Positions 9,230 through 20,185 of a DNA stretch of 64,000 nucleotides are shown piece by piece. Position 1 is the stretch's first letter, and each line of letters opens with the position of its first letter. The stretch covers positions 1 through 64,000 of IMG/VR virus record IMGVR_UViG_3300033388_007730. The stretch is one strand, 5' to 3'. Below the pieces are notes generated by a model, which worked only from the letters and a program-made list of their open reading frames with translations, was not told the origin of the DNA and made no database searches. Both the position numbers and the translations under genes were made by a program.

Positions 9230-12200
9230 ATGTCAAATGATGATGGCAATGGATCAATACACTTTTTAGGAAAGGATGTATTAGATAAAGATGCTACATC
9301 GGTTCAAAAAATTCCTATTAATTTTTATTCTAAAGATGATAATTATATTAAGAAGAACTTTACAGGTTCTTATATTAATTTACTTCCACAAGAGATTGCT
9401 TCTTTCGCAGATGCTCCAGTGGATCCTAGATGTTTAGATCCTAATTATGTTCCTGGTGGTTGGAATTATGATGATGATGCACCAACAGAATGTTTCCCAG
9501 ATGTTAATGTTCCAGATATCGCTGGAACTCCTATTGGCATAACTGTTCCATCAGTTGGGCTTCCAACAACACAACATTGTAGCGGAGAAGATTATATGTC
9601 TGTTCAAAATGGATGTAAAGTTAATAATCATTCTATGGCTATTCTTAATAATGGCAGAATTGTTCATGCTTATACTTATGTGGATAGATTGATAACAGAT
9701 ACTGATTCTACGTTTTATAATATAAACAAAGTAACTGTTCTTGACAACAACTCATCTGTTACAGTCCCTATAATCGCCAATAGAGATGTAGCTATTGCTC
9801 CAAAAACTCGTTATGGAGATTTTGACATATATGTTGAAAAAGATTTATATGATGCTTTAGAAGAAGTTGGAGATAATCCATCGGCTGCTGATATCTCTGT
9901 TTTATTCTATGATCAATCTATTGGATATCAATCAGCTAAAGTGATAGGAAGGAAAATAGAATATGCTATTCCTTCTGACAATCCATCATTACCTGGTGGA
10001 GAAGGAGAATATTATGTAATCATTGCCGAAGATGAGTATATTAGAGCGAAGATAGATGGTTGGATGTTTTGTGTTAATGTATCTTTTTATAAAAGATTAG
10101 AAAATTCAAAGACTATCATCGGTGCTAATAGTGGTATTAACCTAGCATTGGGATATGTAAAAGATGGTAATGGTAATGTTCTTCAAACTAATAATGTATC
10201 AATAGCTTCTAATAAATATTATTTAAGTACATATGATGAATCTTTCATTTATCTTATTGCGGAATCGTTTAAAGATGGTGAGTCTCATTTGTTTTTTGCT
10301 TCAGCTGCTGTTGGGACAGAATATGAAGATAGCACAGAAGACGATTTGTATTATGGGTGGAAACAAATAACGTTTACTGGTAATAATATAAATCCTGTAG
10401 CTTATATTGACGATACTAATACTCTTCATGTATTTTGGGAAAGTGATAGATCTGGAACTTGGAAAATATACTATGGTTGTCTTGGACTTTCAAATGAATC
10501 TATGACTAATTCCGTATTTGCTTCTATGATAGATAAGCAAGCGGAGTTATTTGACAATGATGATAAATCATCAAATTATTTATCTCAGAATTTATTAGAA
10601 AATAGAACTACTGATGAACCTTCTGCTGAGCAAATACCAACATCTTTTACTACAGACATTTTAACAGTGACTGAATGGCAAGATAGCGATAATAATAATG
10701 GGACAATAACTCATACAGCATCTCAAACTGATTTGCAGAATGTTCAAATTGTTGCTAATGCTGTAGAAGATGAAGCTATATCTTTTGTTAAAGTACCTAT
10801 CTATGAAGGTGATAGAGTGGAAGGAAGTGGTAGTCCTCTTCCGTATTCTCAAATTAATTATCAAACTTCATTTGGGTTAACAACTTCTTTAACTCAGCCT
10901 AGCTTATTAATGTCCGATTGGGATGGCAATTTTTTAGATAAAAAAGATATTGATATTCTTTTTAATAATTGGAAAAATGAATTTACAGAATATATCGATA
11001 TAGATATGTCTAATATTTCAGCATACTCAAAAGTTGGCAACATATTCTCAATAGGTAGACAGGATGAGATATTTGATAAGGTGGTTCCATTTTATGGAGC
11101 GTATGATACAGAGCCAAACCCTTCAGTGATTGTCAATTTTACAGCGAAGATATTGAAAGAAGATAACACATTAAAAGATTTTATGTTTGGATTTATGCTT
11201 GAGAAATCTCGCTTTAAAGCTACTAATGTTAGATCCAAAGAAGAGCATGAGAGTATTAGTGATGATGAATATATATCAGAAGAAGAACATATAATTTTTA
11301 CTGGTAGAGCAAAATTAATTGCATTTGTAAGGACTGAAGATGATAATGATGAGAGAGCTAATTATTGCATATTAAGAGAGTTCTCGAAAGTATTTGATTT
11401 GATGGGAACTAATTCTTATGATATAATAACTAATTACACAAAAATAGATTCTGATGAAGTCAAAAATGTTCATGATTCGTTTAATGACTCTTATCCGAAT
11501 AGGTTTGCAGGAAGAGTAACATTGCTTATTGATGGAGCTGCTAAGTTCTCACAATCATTTGTATCTAATTTATCTTATGATGATACTTACTTCTCTATTG
11601 GATTGGGAATCCCTTTTGGTGGATATCTAGTTGCAGATAAAATGACACCTAGCACTAGTGGGTTATTTGATAATGTTAGTGTAGATATGTCTTATAGGGA
11701 TATACAAATAACATCACCTGTTTATTCTTATAATGAAGATGTTGTTTATTTAGCTGCGTCTATCACAGATATGACAGAGTTTAGAGTGCAATCTGTGGAA
11801 TATAATCCTTCTGAAGGATTCCCTTATACATTATTAAATTTGGGGATAAAAGAAGTTGAAACAATAGTGTCATCACAACAAATACTTAGATGTAGTGATC
11901 TTGGCATTTGTCCAGAAGGGAATGGAGAATGGAATGAAGATTATGATGTTAGTGATATTGAAAAATTAACATTTACACTAGATTCTGGTACAGGAGCAGC
12001 AAAAGATGGGCTTGTTGTTACAAATACTGATACTAACATAGAAATTTATAGATTGCCATTAACGAGAACTACTTCTCTTCCTGGTGGGATATTTACAACA
12101 GATGTTAGTTTATTGGGGCATAATAATATTAATATAGCATTGTTGAGAGAGGATCCCAATACAGCATTTGTTGATTTGAATTTGTACTTCATATCAATTG

Positions 12201-12874
12201 ATTATGAAAATTTATTTTCTCAAATACCTATTTCTATGGAAGGCATTTGTAAATCTCCTAGCATAGCATATGGAACTTGTAATGATGCTCATTTAGTTTG
12301 GCAATCTAATTTGAACAATTACTGGGACGTTTATTACTCTAATGCTGCTGATAAATTAAAACCATTTAGATTTGATACTAGAATAACTAATACAAAAAGC
12401 AATAGTATAATGCCATCAGTATCAGTAAATAAAAATGGGAAAAGAATGATAGTTTGGCATGATGATAGAAATAAAAACTTTGATATTTATTCTGCTAGAT
12501 CTTTTAACGGCTATACTTGTGATGAAGATCATTGTCAGAATAAGATGGTAGATGCTTATGAGAGTGAGATAACTCAATGCTCTTTATCGTTTAGTTACAC
12601 TACTCTAGAGACTGGTTATTATAATTTTTCTATCAATTTTTATAGTGATAGTGGTTTAGTGAATTTGTTTAAGACTATATCATCTGGAGACGATCCTACT
12701 GGGTGGTTTGTAGATAGCGTAGATTTAAACGCAATATCAACTTATTCTTCTGATGGTAATCTTGGTACTCAATTAACTATCGGTGATGTTGTTGTTATTT
12801 CTTATACGCCAGATAAAGAAGATGGTATTTTTGATAAAATGTTATATACTCAATTAGTTGGTACAGTTGTTTAA
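9230..12874 (+). CDS. Large acidic putative virion protein with beta-propeller blades and a C-terminal FYSD-type domain
   Basis: LHVFWESDRSGTWKIYY, HLVWQSN...WDVYY and MIVWHDDRNKNFDIY blades. The frame is open from 9065, so the true N-terminus is probably 8812. Confidence 0.75.
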   Translation: MSNDDGNGSIHFLGKDVLDKDATSVQKIPINFYSKDDNYIKKNFTGSYINLLPQEIASFADAPVDPRCLDPNYVPGGWNYDDDAPTECFPDVNVPDIAGTPIGITVPSVGLPTTQHCSGEDYMSVQNGCKVNNHSMAILNNGRIVHAYTYVDRLITDTDSTFYNINKVTVLDNNSSVTVPIIANRDVAIAPKTRYGDFDIYVEKDLYDALEEVGDNPSAADISVLFYDQSIGYQSAKVIGRKIEYAIPSDNPSLPGGEGEYYVIIAEDEYIRAKIDGWMFCVNVSFYKRLENSKTIIGANSGINLALGYVKDGNGNVLQTNNVSIASNKYYLSTYDESFIYLIAESFKDGESHLFFASAAVGTEYEDSTEDDLYYGWKQITFTGNNINPVAYIDDTNTLHVFWESDRSGTWKIYYGCLGLSNESMTNSVFASMIDKQAELFDNDDKSSNYLSQNLLENRTTDEPSAEQIPTSFTTDILTVTEWQDSDNNNGTITHTASQTDLQNVQIVANAVEDEAISFVKVPIYEGDRVEGSGSPLPYSQINYQTSFGLTTSLTQPSLLMSDWDGNFLDKKDIDILFNNWKNEFTEYIDIDMSNISAYSKVGNIFSIGRQDEIFDKVVPFYGAYDTEPNPSVIVNFTAKILKEDNTLKDFMFGFMLEKSRFKATNVRSKEEHESISDDEYISEEEHIIFTGRAKLIAFVRTEDDNDERANYCILREFSKVFDLMGTNSYDIITNYTKIDSDEVKNVHDSFNDSYPNRFAGRVTLLIDGAAKFSQSFVSNLSYDDTYFSIGLGIPFGGYLVADKMTPSTSGLFDNVSVDMSYRDIQITSPVYSYNEDVVYLAASITDMTEFRVQSVEYNPSEGFPYTLLNLGIKEVETIVSSQQILRCSDLGICPEGNGEWNEDYDVSDIEKLTFTLDSGTGAAKDGLVVTNTDTNIEIYRLPLTRTTSLPGGIFTTDVSLLGHNNINIALLREDPNTAFVDLNLYFISIDYENLFSQIPISMEGICKSPSIAYGTCNDAHLVWQSNLNNYWDVYYSNAADKLKPFRFDTRITNTKSNSIMPSVSVNKNGKRMIVWHDDRNKNFDIYSARSFNGYTCDEDHCQNKMVDAYESEITQCSLSFSYTTLETGYYNFSINFYSDSGLVNLFKTISSGDDPTGWFVDSVDLNAISTYSSDGNLGTQLTIGDVVVISYTPDKEDGIFDKMLYTQLVGTVV

Positions 12875-12875
12875 T

Positions 12876-12902
12876 AGGAAAAAATATGAATTTATATAAT
12901 AT
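12876..12902 (+). promoter_or_regulatory. Putative phage-type promoter AGG-N16-TATAATAT
   Basis: Intergenic, upstream of the GGTGGAG RBS of 12925; matches 6629 and 50546. Confidence 0.4.
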
Positions 12903-12924
12903 TATATTGGTAGAGGTGGAGTAA

Positions 12925-15900
12925 ATGGCTGAAGTATTATTACAATTAACTCCTATTGATAGAGGAACAGTTTCTCCTACTTCAAGTTATATAAAATCTC
13001 TTTCTTTTCAGCCTATTAATCAGGAAATTATTTTTGGAGTAGATTTAGTTCTTGGTAACGAAGTAGTTACATGGGAGTTTAGAGGAGACACACAAAAGAC
13101 CAGAGATATATCATCTAATACTATTGGATTTAGAATAACAAAAGAAGGAGGAACGGAGAATAGAATAATAGCTCATATTCAACTTGTAGCACCGTATTTG
13201 CCGTTTTCTCCATATCCTACAAATAACGCTACAGGAACAGAATTAAGTCCTCTTTTGCAATGGAAAAACGGTGATGGTAGTGGATATATTCAAAATACCC
13301 ATTATTATAACATTTATTGGGGTACAACTCCTGATCATCTTCTTGAAAGAAAAGGAATAGTATACAAGAGTCAAAGTGATCCACTTGAATCATCTATTAG
13401 AATGGTTAATTATCCATCTGAATTAAATAAGAATCAAATATATTATTGGAGAGTAGATGCTGTAAACGTTGATAATGTTGTAACGACTGGTACAGTATGG
13501 AGATTTACAACTGGATCTGGTAGTACGGTATTGAGTGCTCCTGTAACACCTTCTCCATCTAATGGAGCAACTAGTGTAAATATTAATGACACTACAAAAA
13601 TTTTAAATTTAAACTGGGTAGATGGTAGCGACAATAATACTGCTGATCATTTTAAAGTTTATTTTGATACTATTAATCCGCCTACCGATGTCCTCGTAGA
13701 TAACTTAGTATCAACAAATATCGACACAGGCATTCTAAGTTATGATACAACATATTATTGGAGAGTAAAAGCTTATAAAGGAAGTGCTCAATCGGTGAAT
13801 GGAAATGTTTGGAGTTTTACAACTGAAAGTGCTGCAACAACTATTCTTCCAACTTCGACATTTACCCATTGCTTAACCACAACTACGTATGATGTTGGTG
13901 GAGTAATAATGCAGCAGCATTGCTCATTACCAGATGGTGCGTGGGAGGGAAAAAGCAAAAATGAATCTTGTACTTTTAATGGTGTTAGTGCTGGTGATGT
14001 GATTGAGTTAAGAGCGTCAGCAGATTCTGGATATACTATAGGAGATTGGAATTATAATGTATCTACTAATCCATTTGTGTTGTCTAACGGGACTTCTGTT
14101 CCTGCTAACTTTTATGATGGAGAAGCAGTAGCTTATGTAAAAATGCCTAATGGAGATGTCACTATTTCTGTCGGATTTAATGGGGATATCACTCAATTAT
14201 CATACTCTGTTGCTGGAGGATTTGGTAGTTTATTAACTCCTGGTCATCCTACAGTTGAATATGGTGATACTCCGGTATCATTTAATACAAGTTCAACATC
14301 AGTTAGATTTAGTTCTGTTGCAAATTCTGGTTGGGATGTTTTGAGGTGGGTAGTTAATGGAATAACTACTACTGCTAGTGGGATTAATAATGGAAATGAA
14401 TATTTAGACGTTCTTACTCAGGGTGGTTCTAATTTCGATGTTGAAATATTTTTTGAAGAATTAAATGAAGAAGAATGTACTAAAAATACATTAACAGTAT
14501 TTATTGAGGGAGAGGGCAGCGTATCGTCTCCTTCTGGAGATTATTGTGATTATGAAGAATTTATTTTAAATCCTATACCTTCAAATGGATATTGTTTTAA
14601 AGAATGGGTATATGGAGATGTTACTATAACCTTAAATGGTATATCATTAGAATTTGATATGTCTAAGAATAGGACAGTAACTGCAGTATTTGAGAGGATT
14701 GGCGGATATGTAGAAGAAGATTTTTCATTGTTTTATTGCCCATCTAGTGTTAGCAGAACTAATACAGTAGATTTTGACTATACTAATTCAGGTGCTGAAG
14801 GAGATTTTCATTTTGTAGTAACATTTTATTCAGATGCTGATAAAACAGAAACACTTTTCTCTGCGTCAAGTTTATTAGATAATAAAAGATGGTTTTATAA
14901 TGATGGATCTTTTAAACAGATACCAACAAATGGGGTTACTATAGAAACCAGTGAAGAAATGGATATAGTTTATTCTCCAGAAGTTTTATCATCTAGATTA
15001 TCAGAGACAAAAAGAGAAGAATTTTATTTAGTTTGCGGGGTAAGATATTATATTGATATAGAAGCACACAGGGGTTCATCTGATATCATTTCCCTTGTAA
15101 AATCCATATCACTAATTGTTGATTGTGATGATGTCGATTCTTTTTATAGATCTAATAATAATGATAAAAATAATTGGATTTGCAGTGGTCAAGGTAATTC
15201 TGATTTATTAGTGACTGGAGATATTGGTCAATCTTTGTTCCCAGCAATAGATTCAAATATTTTTGGTATTTTTAATATAGTTTGGCAAAGTAGAAGAAAT
15301 AATATTAGTACTGTTTATGCTGCTATGTGGGATAGTGATAATGATTTATTATACTCATCTGGTCAAGGATTAAATGACACTAAGATATTTGATAGCGGCT
15401 TTAGTCCTATTATTATAGAGGATCCAGTAGGGTCGTTTTATGTGTCATCTTATATCAATACTAAACTTAGATATTATGTTTGTCCTATAAAAACTTTTTC
15501 AACATGTACAACTTATCTTGAGGCAGGAGAGTTGACAGAAAGGCTATGTTATCCTGGGCAATCTACTAGATTAAGTTCTACTATAGATGATATCATAGTT
15601 AGAGTTTATGAAGAGGACACAGATGATAATATTGTTATAAATAAAGATAAAGTTATTCCAATTACTACTAAAACAAATATAAGGTTGGATATAAGTGGCA
15701 CTAATGCTTTGTACGCTGTGCGACTTCGGGATAGCAATGATTCTGAGTGGAGTGATTGGATAAATATAGATACTGCTCTATATAAGACAGAAGGTATGGA
15801 TATTACATTAAATGCTTATAAAATAAGTGATTCTAGAATTATAGTTCCTTGGACTTTAGATAAAATTAATGGAGTTAGAAGAATATGTTGTCAACTTCTT

Positions 15901-16584
15901 ACATTATACGGGATAAGTCCTACTGTTTGTATTGATATATTTATGAATGTTAATATAATTCAATATATATTTAAGTTTTATAAAGATGAGGGGATGGTTG
16001 ATGGTAGTGAAGTTCCTAGTTATAATGGCTTACCAGTTGTATCACAAGTTAGAGATATTAGTACTGGAGAAGTTGTAGGAAATGTTACAGGAACTACTGA
16101 TACTGTTATTTACTTTAAAGTTTTATTTAGTGAGGATATAATAACTAGTGATGGTCTGTACAACGGAGTACCTTATATTGAGGGAGATTTTACATTTAAT
16201 TTAGTACAACAGGGAATAGATGATATTTGGGGAGGAGTTTTGGAAAAAGAAGATAATAGAACATTTAAAGGAAGCTTTAATATTTATGAACAAGATGGAG
16301 TATTTAATAGAGATGGCAATGCGTTCATACAAGTTCTTGCACCCAACTCTCTTGGATCTTCTTTCTGTATATCTGATATCTCAGATCCTTATAATTTAAT
16401 GCAAAATAGTAATGATGCTGGAAGATATCATGATTTAGTTCCAGAAGAAATTTTTAATCAATATAAAACTAGTCAAATAGGCAAAGCATTAAATACAACT
16501 GATTTTAAACAATATTATAGAATAGATGATGATAACTTTAGGTTTGGTAATCCAGATTTTTTCAGAAATGATAAACAAGGATAG
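12925..16584 (+). CDS. Large putative virion protein with two FN3-like repeats and InlB-B/bacterial-repeat-like domains
   Basis: Two P.P.N.AT...L.W...Y.YYWRV.A...G.VW.FTT repeats; TLTVFIEGEGSV...P..GY.F..W repeats; one FYSD-type domain. Confidence 0.75.
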   Translation: MAEVLLQLTPIDRGTVSPTSSYIKSLSFQPINQEIIFGVDLVLGNEVVTWEFRGDTQKTRDISSNTIGFRITKEGGTENRIIAHIQLVAPYLPFSPYPTNNATGTELSPLLQWKNGDGSGYIQNTHYYNIYWGTTPDHLLERKGIVYKSQSDPLESSIRMVNYPSELNKNQIYYWRVDAVNVDNVVTTGTVWRFTTGSGSTVLSAPVTPSPSNGATSVNINDTTKILNLNWVDGSDNNTADHFKVYFDTINPPTDVLVDNLVSTNIDTGILSYDTTYYWRVKAYKGSAQSVNGNVWSFTTESAATTILPTSTFTHCLTTTTYDVGGVIMQQHCSLPDGAWEGKSKNESCTFNGVSAGDVIELRASADSGYTIGDWNYNVSTNPFVLSNGTSVPANFYDGEAVAYVKMPNGDVTISVGFNGDITQLSYSVAGGFGSLLTPGHPTVEYGDTPVSFNTSSTSVRFSSVANSGWDVLRWVVNGITTTASGINNGNEYLDVLTQGGSNFDVEIFFEELNEEECTKNTLTVFIEGEGSVSSPSGDYCDYEEFILNPIPSNGYCFKEWVYGDVTITLNGISLEFDMSKNRTVTAVFERIGGYVEEDFSLFYCPSSVSRTNTVDFDYTNSGAEGDFHFVVTFYSDADKTETLFSASSLLDNKRWFYNDGSFKQIPTNGVTIETSEEMDIVYSPEVLSSRLSETKREEFYLVCGVRYYIDIEAHRGSSDIISLVKSISLIVDCDDVDSFYRSNNNDKNNWICSGQGNSDLLVTGDIGQSLFPAIDSNIFGIFNIVWQSRRNNISTVYAAMWDSDNDLLYSSGQGLNDTKIFDSGFSPIIIEDPVGSFYVSSYINTKLRYYVCPIKTFSTCTTYLEAGELTERLCYPGQSTRLSSTIDDIIVRVYEEDTDDNIVINKDKVIPITTKTNIRLDISGTNALYAVRLRDSNDSEWSDWINIDTALYKTEGMDITLNAYKISDSRIIVPWTLDKINGVRRICCQLLTLYGISPTVCIDIFMNVNIIQYIFKFYKDEGMVDGSEVPSYNGLPVVSQVRDISTGEVVGNVTGTTDTVIYFKVLFSEDIITSDGLYNGVPYIEGDFTFNLVQQGIDDIWGGVLEKEDNRTFKGSFNIYEQDGVFNRDGNAFIQVLAPNSLGSSFCISDISDPYNLMQNSNDAGRYHDLVPEEIFNQYKTSQIGKALNTTDFKQYYRIDDDNFRFGNPDFFRNDKQG

Positions 16585-16587
16585 TAA

Positions 16588-18159
16588 ATGGCACAAAGAA
16601 TATTTAATATAGCTGTTGATGGATTGACATTAGTATCTCCAAATGGGGGAGAGCAATTTTATGGCTCTACAATACCTATCATATGGGAAGAACCAACTAA
16701 CATATCTACTACTAGTGATATTCTTTGGTATGAATTATTCATTACAGAATCATATGGAGTTGATAGTTTAGATAATTTGATACAAATTGCTACTTTACCT
16801 TCTGGGACAACATCTTTTACATATAATATTAATAAAAATTTGAAAGGAAGTTCTTGTAGAGTTGGTGCTAGAATTGTTAATCATAGAGGGCAGCGTAGTG
16901 AAATTTCTTTTTCGGCAAATGATTTTTTGATATTAAATAGAAAATTACCAATACCAGCTGTTTTTAGCCCCACAAAAGATTCTACATATTTTGCATATAT
17001 TCCTATTATATTAGATAAGAATGGAGTTTTAGGCAGGTGTTCGCAAAGAGCTTTTTATCAGATATATTATAAATCAGATAACCAGGGGATTGACTGGACA
17101 CTTGCTTTAAAGAATATACTGGTGGGTTCTAAGCCTATTAATTGGGACGTTAGCAACTTCGCTACTGATTCTGATTATTCTTTGAAGGTTGAATTAATTG
17201 ATGGCGATAATGTATCTAGTCCGGTATTTATACATAATGTTACAATAAATAATATTAATTATTTTACCATAGACACAGTTGCTCCGAGAGGGGAAATAAA
17301 AATACAAAATGAGGAGGAGTATACTAGAAACAATAATTTAATTTTGTCATTAAAATCATCAGATGTCTCTACTGCCGTTAAAGATTATAGAATATATCAA
17401 ACTAGTGTATCTTCGGATGGAACAAGGGTTGAAGATACAACTGACTCTAATTTTTCGAGAATGGCTGATCTAGCTACATGGGACTTGTCAATAGGGGGAG
17501 TTGTTGGTGATGGTGAAAAGATAATTGAAGTAGAATATAGAGATTATGGAGATAATGTTATAGTCGATTCCAATAATAAATTTTTTAGAACATATAAATC
17601 TGTTGATAATATGGATGTTGCTGGTATCGTATTAGATGGTGCTAATGTATGGACAGCGTATAGTAATGAAAATAATCCTAGTTTAGTCTCTAGCTTGTAT
17701 AGGAATCACACTTTTGTTTCTAGTCTGAGTGGAGAGCCTACTGCTTTGGAGTTGTATGAAGACACTATATATATCGCTATAAGGGATGATGAGAATAAGG
17801 GAATATTGCAAAGGTATGCTGGTGATGCTGTGGAATCTGTAGCAGATAATGAAGATCAATATCTTGATGATGATGATTCTGTCATTAATTCTTTATATTC
17901 ATCTGATTCTGTTATTAATTCTATGGAGGTATTTGATGATACTCTATTCCTAGGTTTAGAGAATGGTGAATTATTGCGTTTTAATGGCTCAACTGTTTCG
18001 TCTGAGAATAATACTTTTGTTAATGTCAAAAGTATTAGGAAGATAAAGACTGATGGTAATTTATTGTATATATTTTTCTATAATACAACTGAGATGATGA
18101 TTATGAATAAAATAGGAACTGGAAATTATAATTTTTCTATTGTAGATTCAGAGGGATAA
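16588..18159 (+). CDS. Putative virion protein with Ig/FN3-like and propeller segments
   Basis: LVSPNGGE...IIW and IDTVAPRG motifs typical of Ig-like surface domains. Confidence 0.65.
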   Translation: MAQRIFNIAVDGLTLVSPNGGEQFYGSTIPIIWEEPTNISTTSDILWYELFITESYGVDSLDNLIQIATLPSGTTSFTYNINKNLKGSSCRVGARIVNHRGQRSEISFSANDFLILNRKLPIPAVFSPTKDSTYFAYIPIILDKNGVLGRCSQRAFYQIYYKSDNQGIDWTLALKNILVGSKPINWDVSNFATDSDYSLKVELIDGDNVSSPVFIHNVTINNINYFTIDTVAPRGEIKIQNEEEYTRNNNLILSLKSSDVSTAVKDYRIYQTSVSSDGTRVEDTTDSNFSRMADLATWDLSIGGVVGDGEKIIEVEYRDYGDNVIVDSNNKFFRTYKSVDNMDVAGIVLDGANVWTAYSNENNPSLVSSLYRNHTFVSSLSGEPTALELYEDTIYIAIRDDENKGILQRYAGDAVESVADNEDQYLDDDDSVINSLYSSDSVINSMEVFDDTLFLGLENGELLRFNGSTVSSENNTFVNVKSIRKIKTDGNLLYIFFYNTTEMMIMNKIGTGNYNFSIVDSEG

Positions 18160-18160
18160 T

Positions 18161-19168
18161 ATGGCTGATTTAAAAATGTATTTGACAAGTTTAGAACCTA
18201 ATATGTCTCAGTCTATTTTCTCGCAATCTATAGGTGGTCACATTAGTAATACTTTGCTTTATCCTGAAACCACAGTTGATAGCATTGCAGGACTATATGA
18301 TGATACGATAGCTTTGAAAACGCCTTCTATTGGTAACTGGTCGGCATGGGAAGGAGTTACTTATATAAGCATTAATGATGAGTTGATACAAGTCGATTCT
18401 GTAGTTGATGGTTCTATATCTGTTGTTCAAAGAGGAGTTAATGAAAAGGTGAAAGTTCATATAGTAAATGATGTTGCTAGAGGATTGTCTGAAAGAGAAT
18501 TGTTTAATGATGTTTTAAATGATGATTATAAGCAATATAGATGTATAGCAGTTAAAAATGATTCATCAGTAGCTGACCCATCTAATGAAGTTACTGCTAA
18601 TAATATATCAGTTTATTTGGGGGGCAATAGCAGGAGTTTAAATTCTAAGGTAAAAATTGCTATTGAGTCGCCAAAGAGTCAATACATAAGCGGAATAGCT
18701 GATAGTATAATATCTGATTCTTCTACTGGCACATCTAATTTAGTTGATACTTCTTTAGCTGGTATATATGCTAATAATTTATTTAGTGGCGCTTATCTAA
18801 AGATTTTAAGTGGAGAGAATTCAGGACAGGGAAGAGTTGTTCAATCATTTTCTTCTTCTGGAATTTTTTATTTTGAAAGTGCTTTGTCTAATGATACTAA
18901 TGCTTCTTATGAAGTTTTGCCATCTCCATCGCAGAGGATTAAAAATGGAATGATATCTCCAAGTGTTGGCACATTTGTAGATAATAGCAGTTCATCGCCG
19001 TTACTAGTAGATTTGGTTTTAGGTGATAATGTTAGTTTTGAACGTGGCTCGTTGGGAATTAATGATATTTTTTATATATGGCTGGAGAGAAATGTAGATA
19101 AAGGTTCGTCAGCTTTTGAGAATAATAGCGCATTAATAAATATACAATATGATTCTGTTATAGGATAG
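18161..19168 (+). CDS. Putative virion structural protein
   Basis: 335 aa, coupled to its neighbours; the YRCIAVKN and IWLER motifs recall phage tail-associated proteins. Confidence 0.6.
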   Translation: MADLKMYLTSLEPNMSQSIFSQSIGGHISNTLLYPETTVDSIAGLYDDTIALKTPSIGNWSAWEGVTYISINDELIQVDSVVDGSISVVQRGVNEKVKVHIVNDVARGLSERELFNDVLNDDYKQYRCIAVKNDSSVADPSNEVTANNISVYLGGNSRSLNSKVKIAIESPKSQYISGIADSIISDSSTGTSNLVDTSLAGIYANNLFSGAYLKILSGENSGQGRVVQSFSSSGIFYFESALSNDTNASYEVLPSPSQRIKNGMISPSVGTFVDNSSSSPLLVDLVLGDNVSFERGSLGINDIFYIWLERNVDKGSSAFENNSALINIQYDSVIG

Positions 19169-19173
19169 AAATA

Positions 19174-20184
19174 ATGAATATTGGATCGTTAAAATTATTG
19201 ATAAAATTTAATAATGAATATTTGTTTGAAGAGGTTAGTTCTACTTATCTTGCTGTTAATGATGATGAAGTTTCTCCCAGCAATGCAGTCGGTGGAGGAT
19301 CTGCTACCTTACTTCCTGGTGGGTCAGGTTATGTAATGAAGGATGATCAATATTTATTGGGGACAGGGGTTGGCAATAATGGTTATAATATTGGCGTTAC
19401 GGATCAGATGACCGTTGGATTCTGGCTGTATCCTATTAATCATGGTCTTGCTACCAGTCCTGCTGGAGTTGTAGAGTCTATATCTATGCCTCTTTTATCA
19501 TTGACGGATTCTAGCACATATTCTCCAGTTATTAAGTTTAGAGAGCATACAGATGAAAATAATGAAAATTACTTAACTGTTGAATTTAATGGATCAGAAT
19601 TTACATTAACATCTAATAATTATGTTGCTGATCTATGGCATTATGTGTTATTGTCTTGTGATAGGAGTAGAGGTAATTTTAGTATTAATATAGATGGTAA
19701 AAATGAGACTACTAGCATCTCTGGCAATTCATCTACGATTGTTAGTGCTACTAATATGGATTTATATGTGAATTTCTCACACGAAGGATATGCTTATAAT
19801 AAAGCAAAAAATTATGGTTATATTGATGATATATTCGTTATGGATGAAATTATTAGTAATAAGGATATGCAAACTGTCATTAACAATGGCATAGATTATT
19901 TGGTAAATACTAGTTTTAATACAAAAGAAATTGAAGGATATAGCATTTATTTTAATGATCCTACTACTATAACTATCAACTCTATTGTTGATGATATGAG
20001 TTATGTATATATAGGGAGAAATGATGGAAAAATACTTAGAGGTTCTCCTTTATTTTGGGAAGCTAGAAAAATATATGCTGATGAAAATGAAACAGATGTG
20101 TTGGGTTTGACAGAAGATGAGTTGCTTACTAATAAGGTAGAGGATGGATTTCTAAAATTAAGAAATACCACTATAAGGTTATAA
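19174..20184 (+). CDS. LamG/concanavalin-A-like domain protein
   Basis: MTVGFWLYP...WHYVLL...INIDG...GYIDDIFVMD pattern. Confidence 0.8.
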   Translation: MNIGSLKLLIKFNNEYLFEEVSSTYLAVNDDEVSPSNAVGGGSATLLPGGSGYVMKDDQYLLGTGVGNNGYNIGVTDQMTVGFWLYPINHGLATSPAGVVESISMPLLSLTDSSTYSPVIKFREHTDENNENYLTVEFNGSEFTLTSNNYVADLWHYVLLSCDRSRGNFSINIDGKNETTSISGNSSTIVSATNMDLYVNFSHEGYAYNKAKNYGYIDDIFVMDEIISNKDMQTVINNGIDYLVNTSFNTKEIEGYSIYFNDPTTITINSIVDDMSYVYIGRNDGKILRGSPLFWEARKIYADENETDVLGLTEDELLTNKVEDGFLKLRNTTIRL

Positions 20185-20185
20185 T

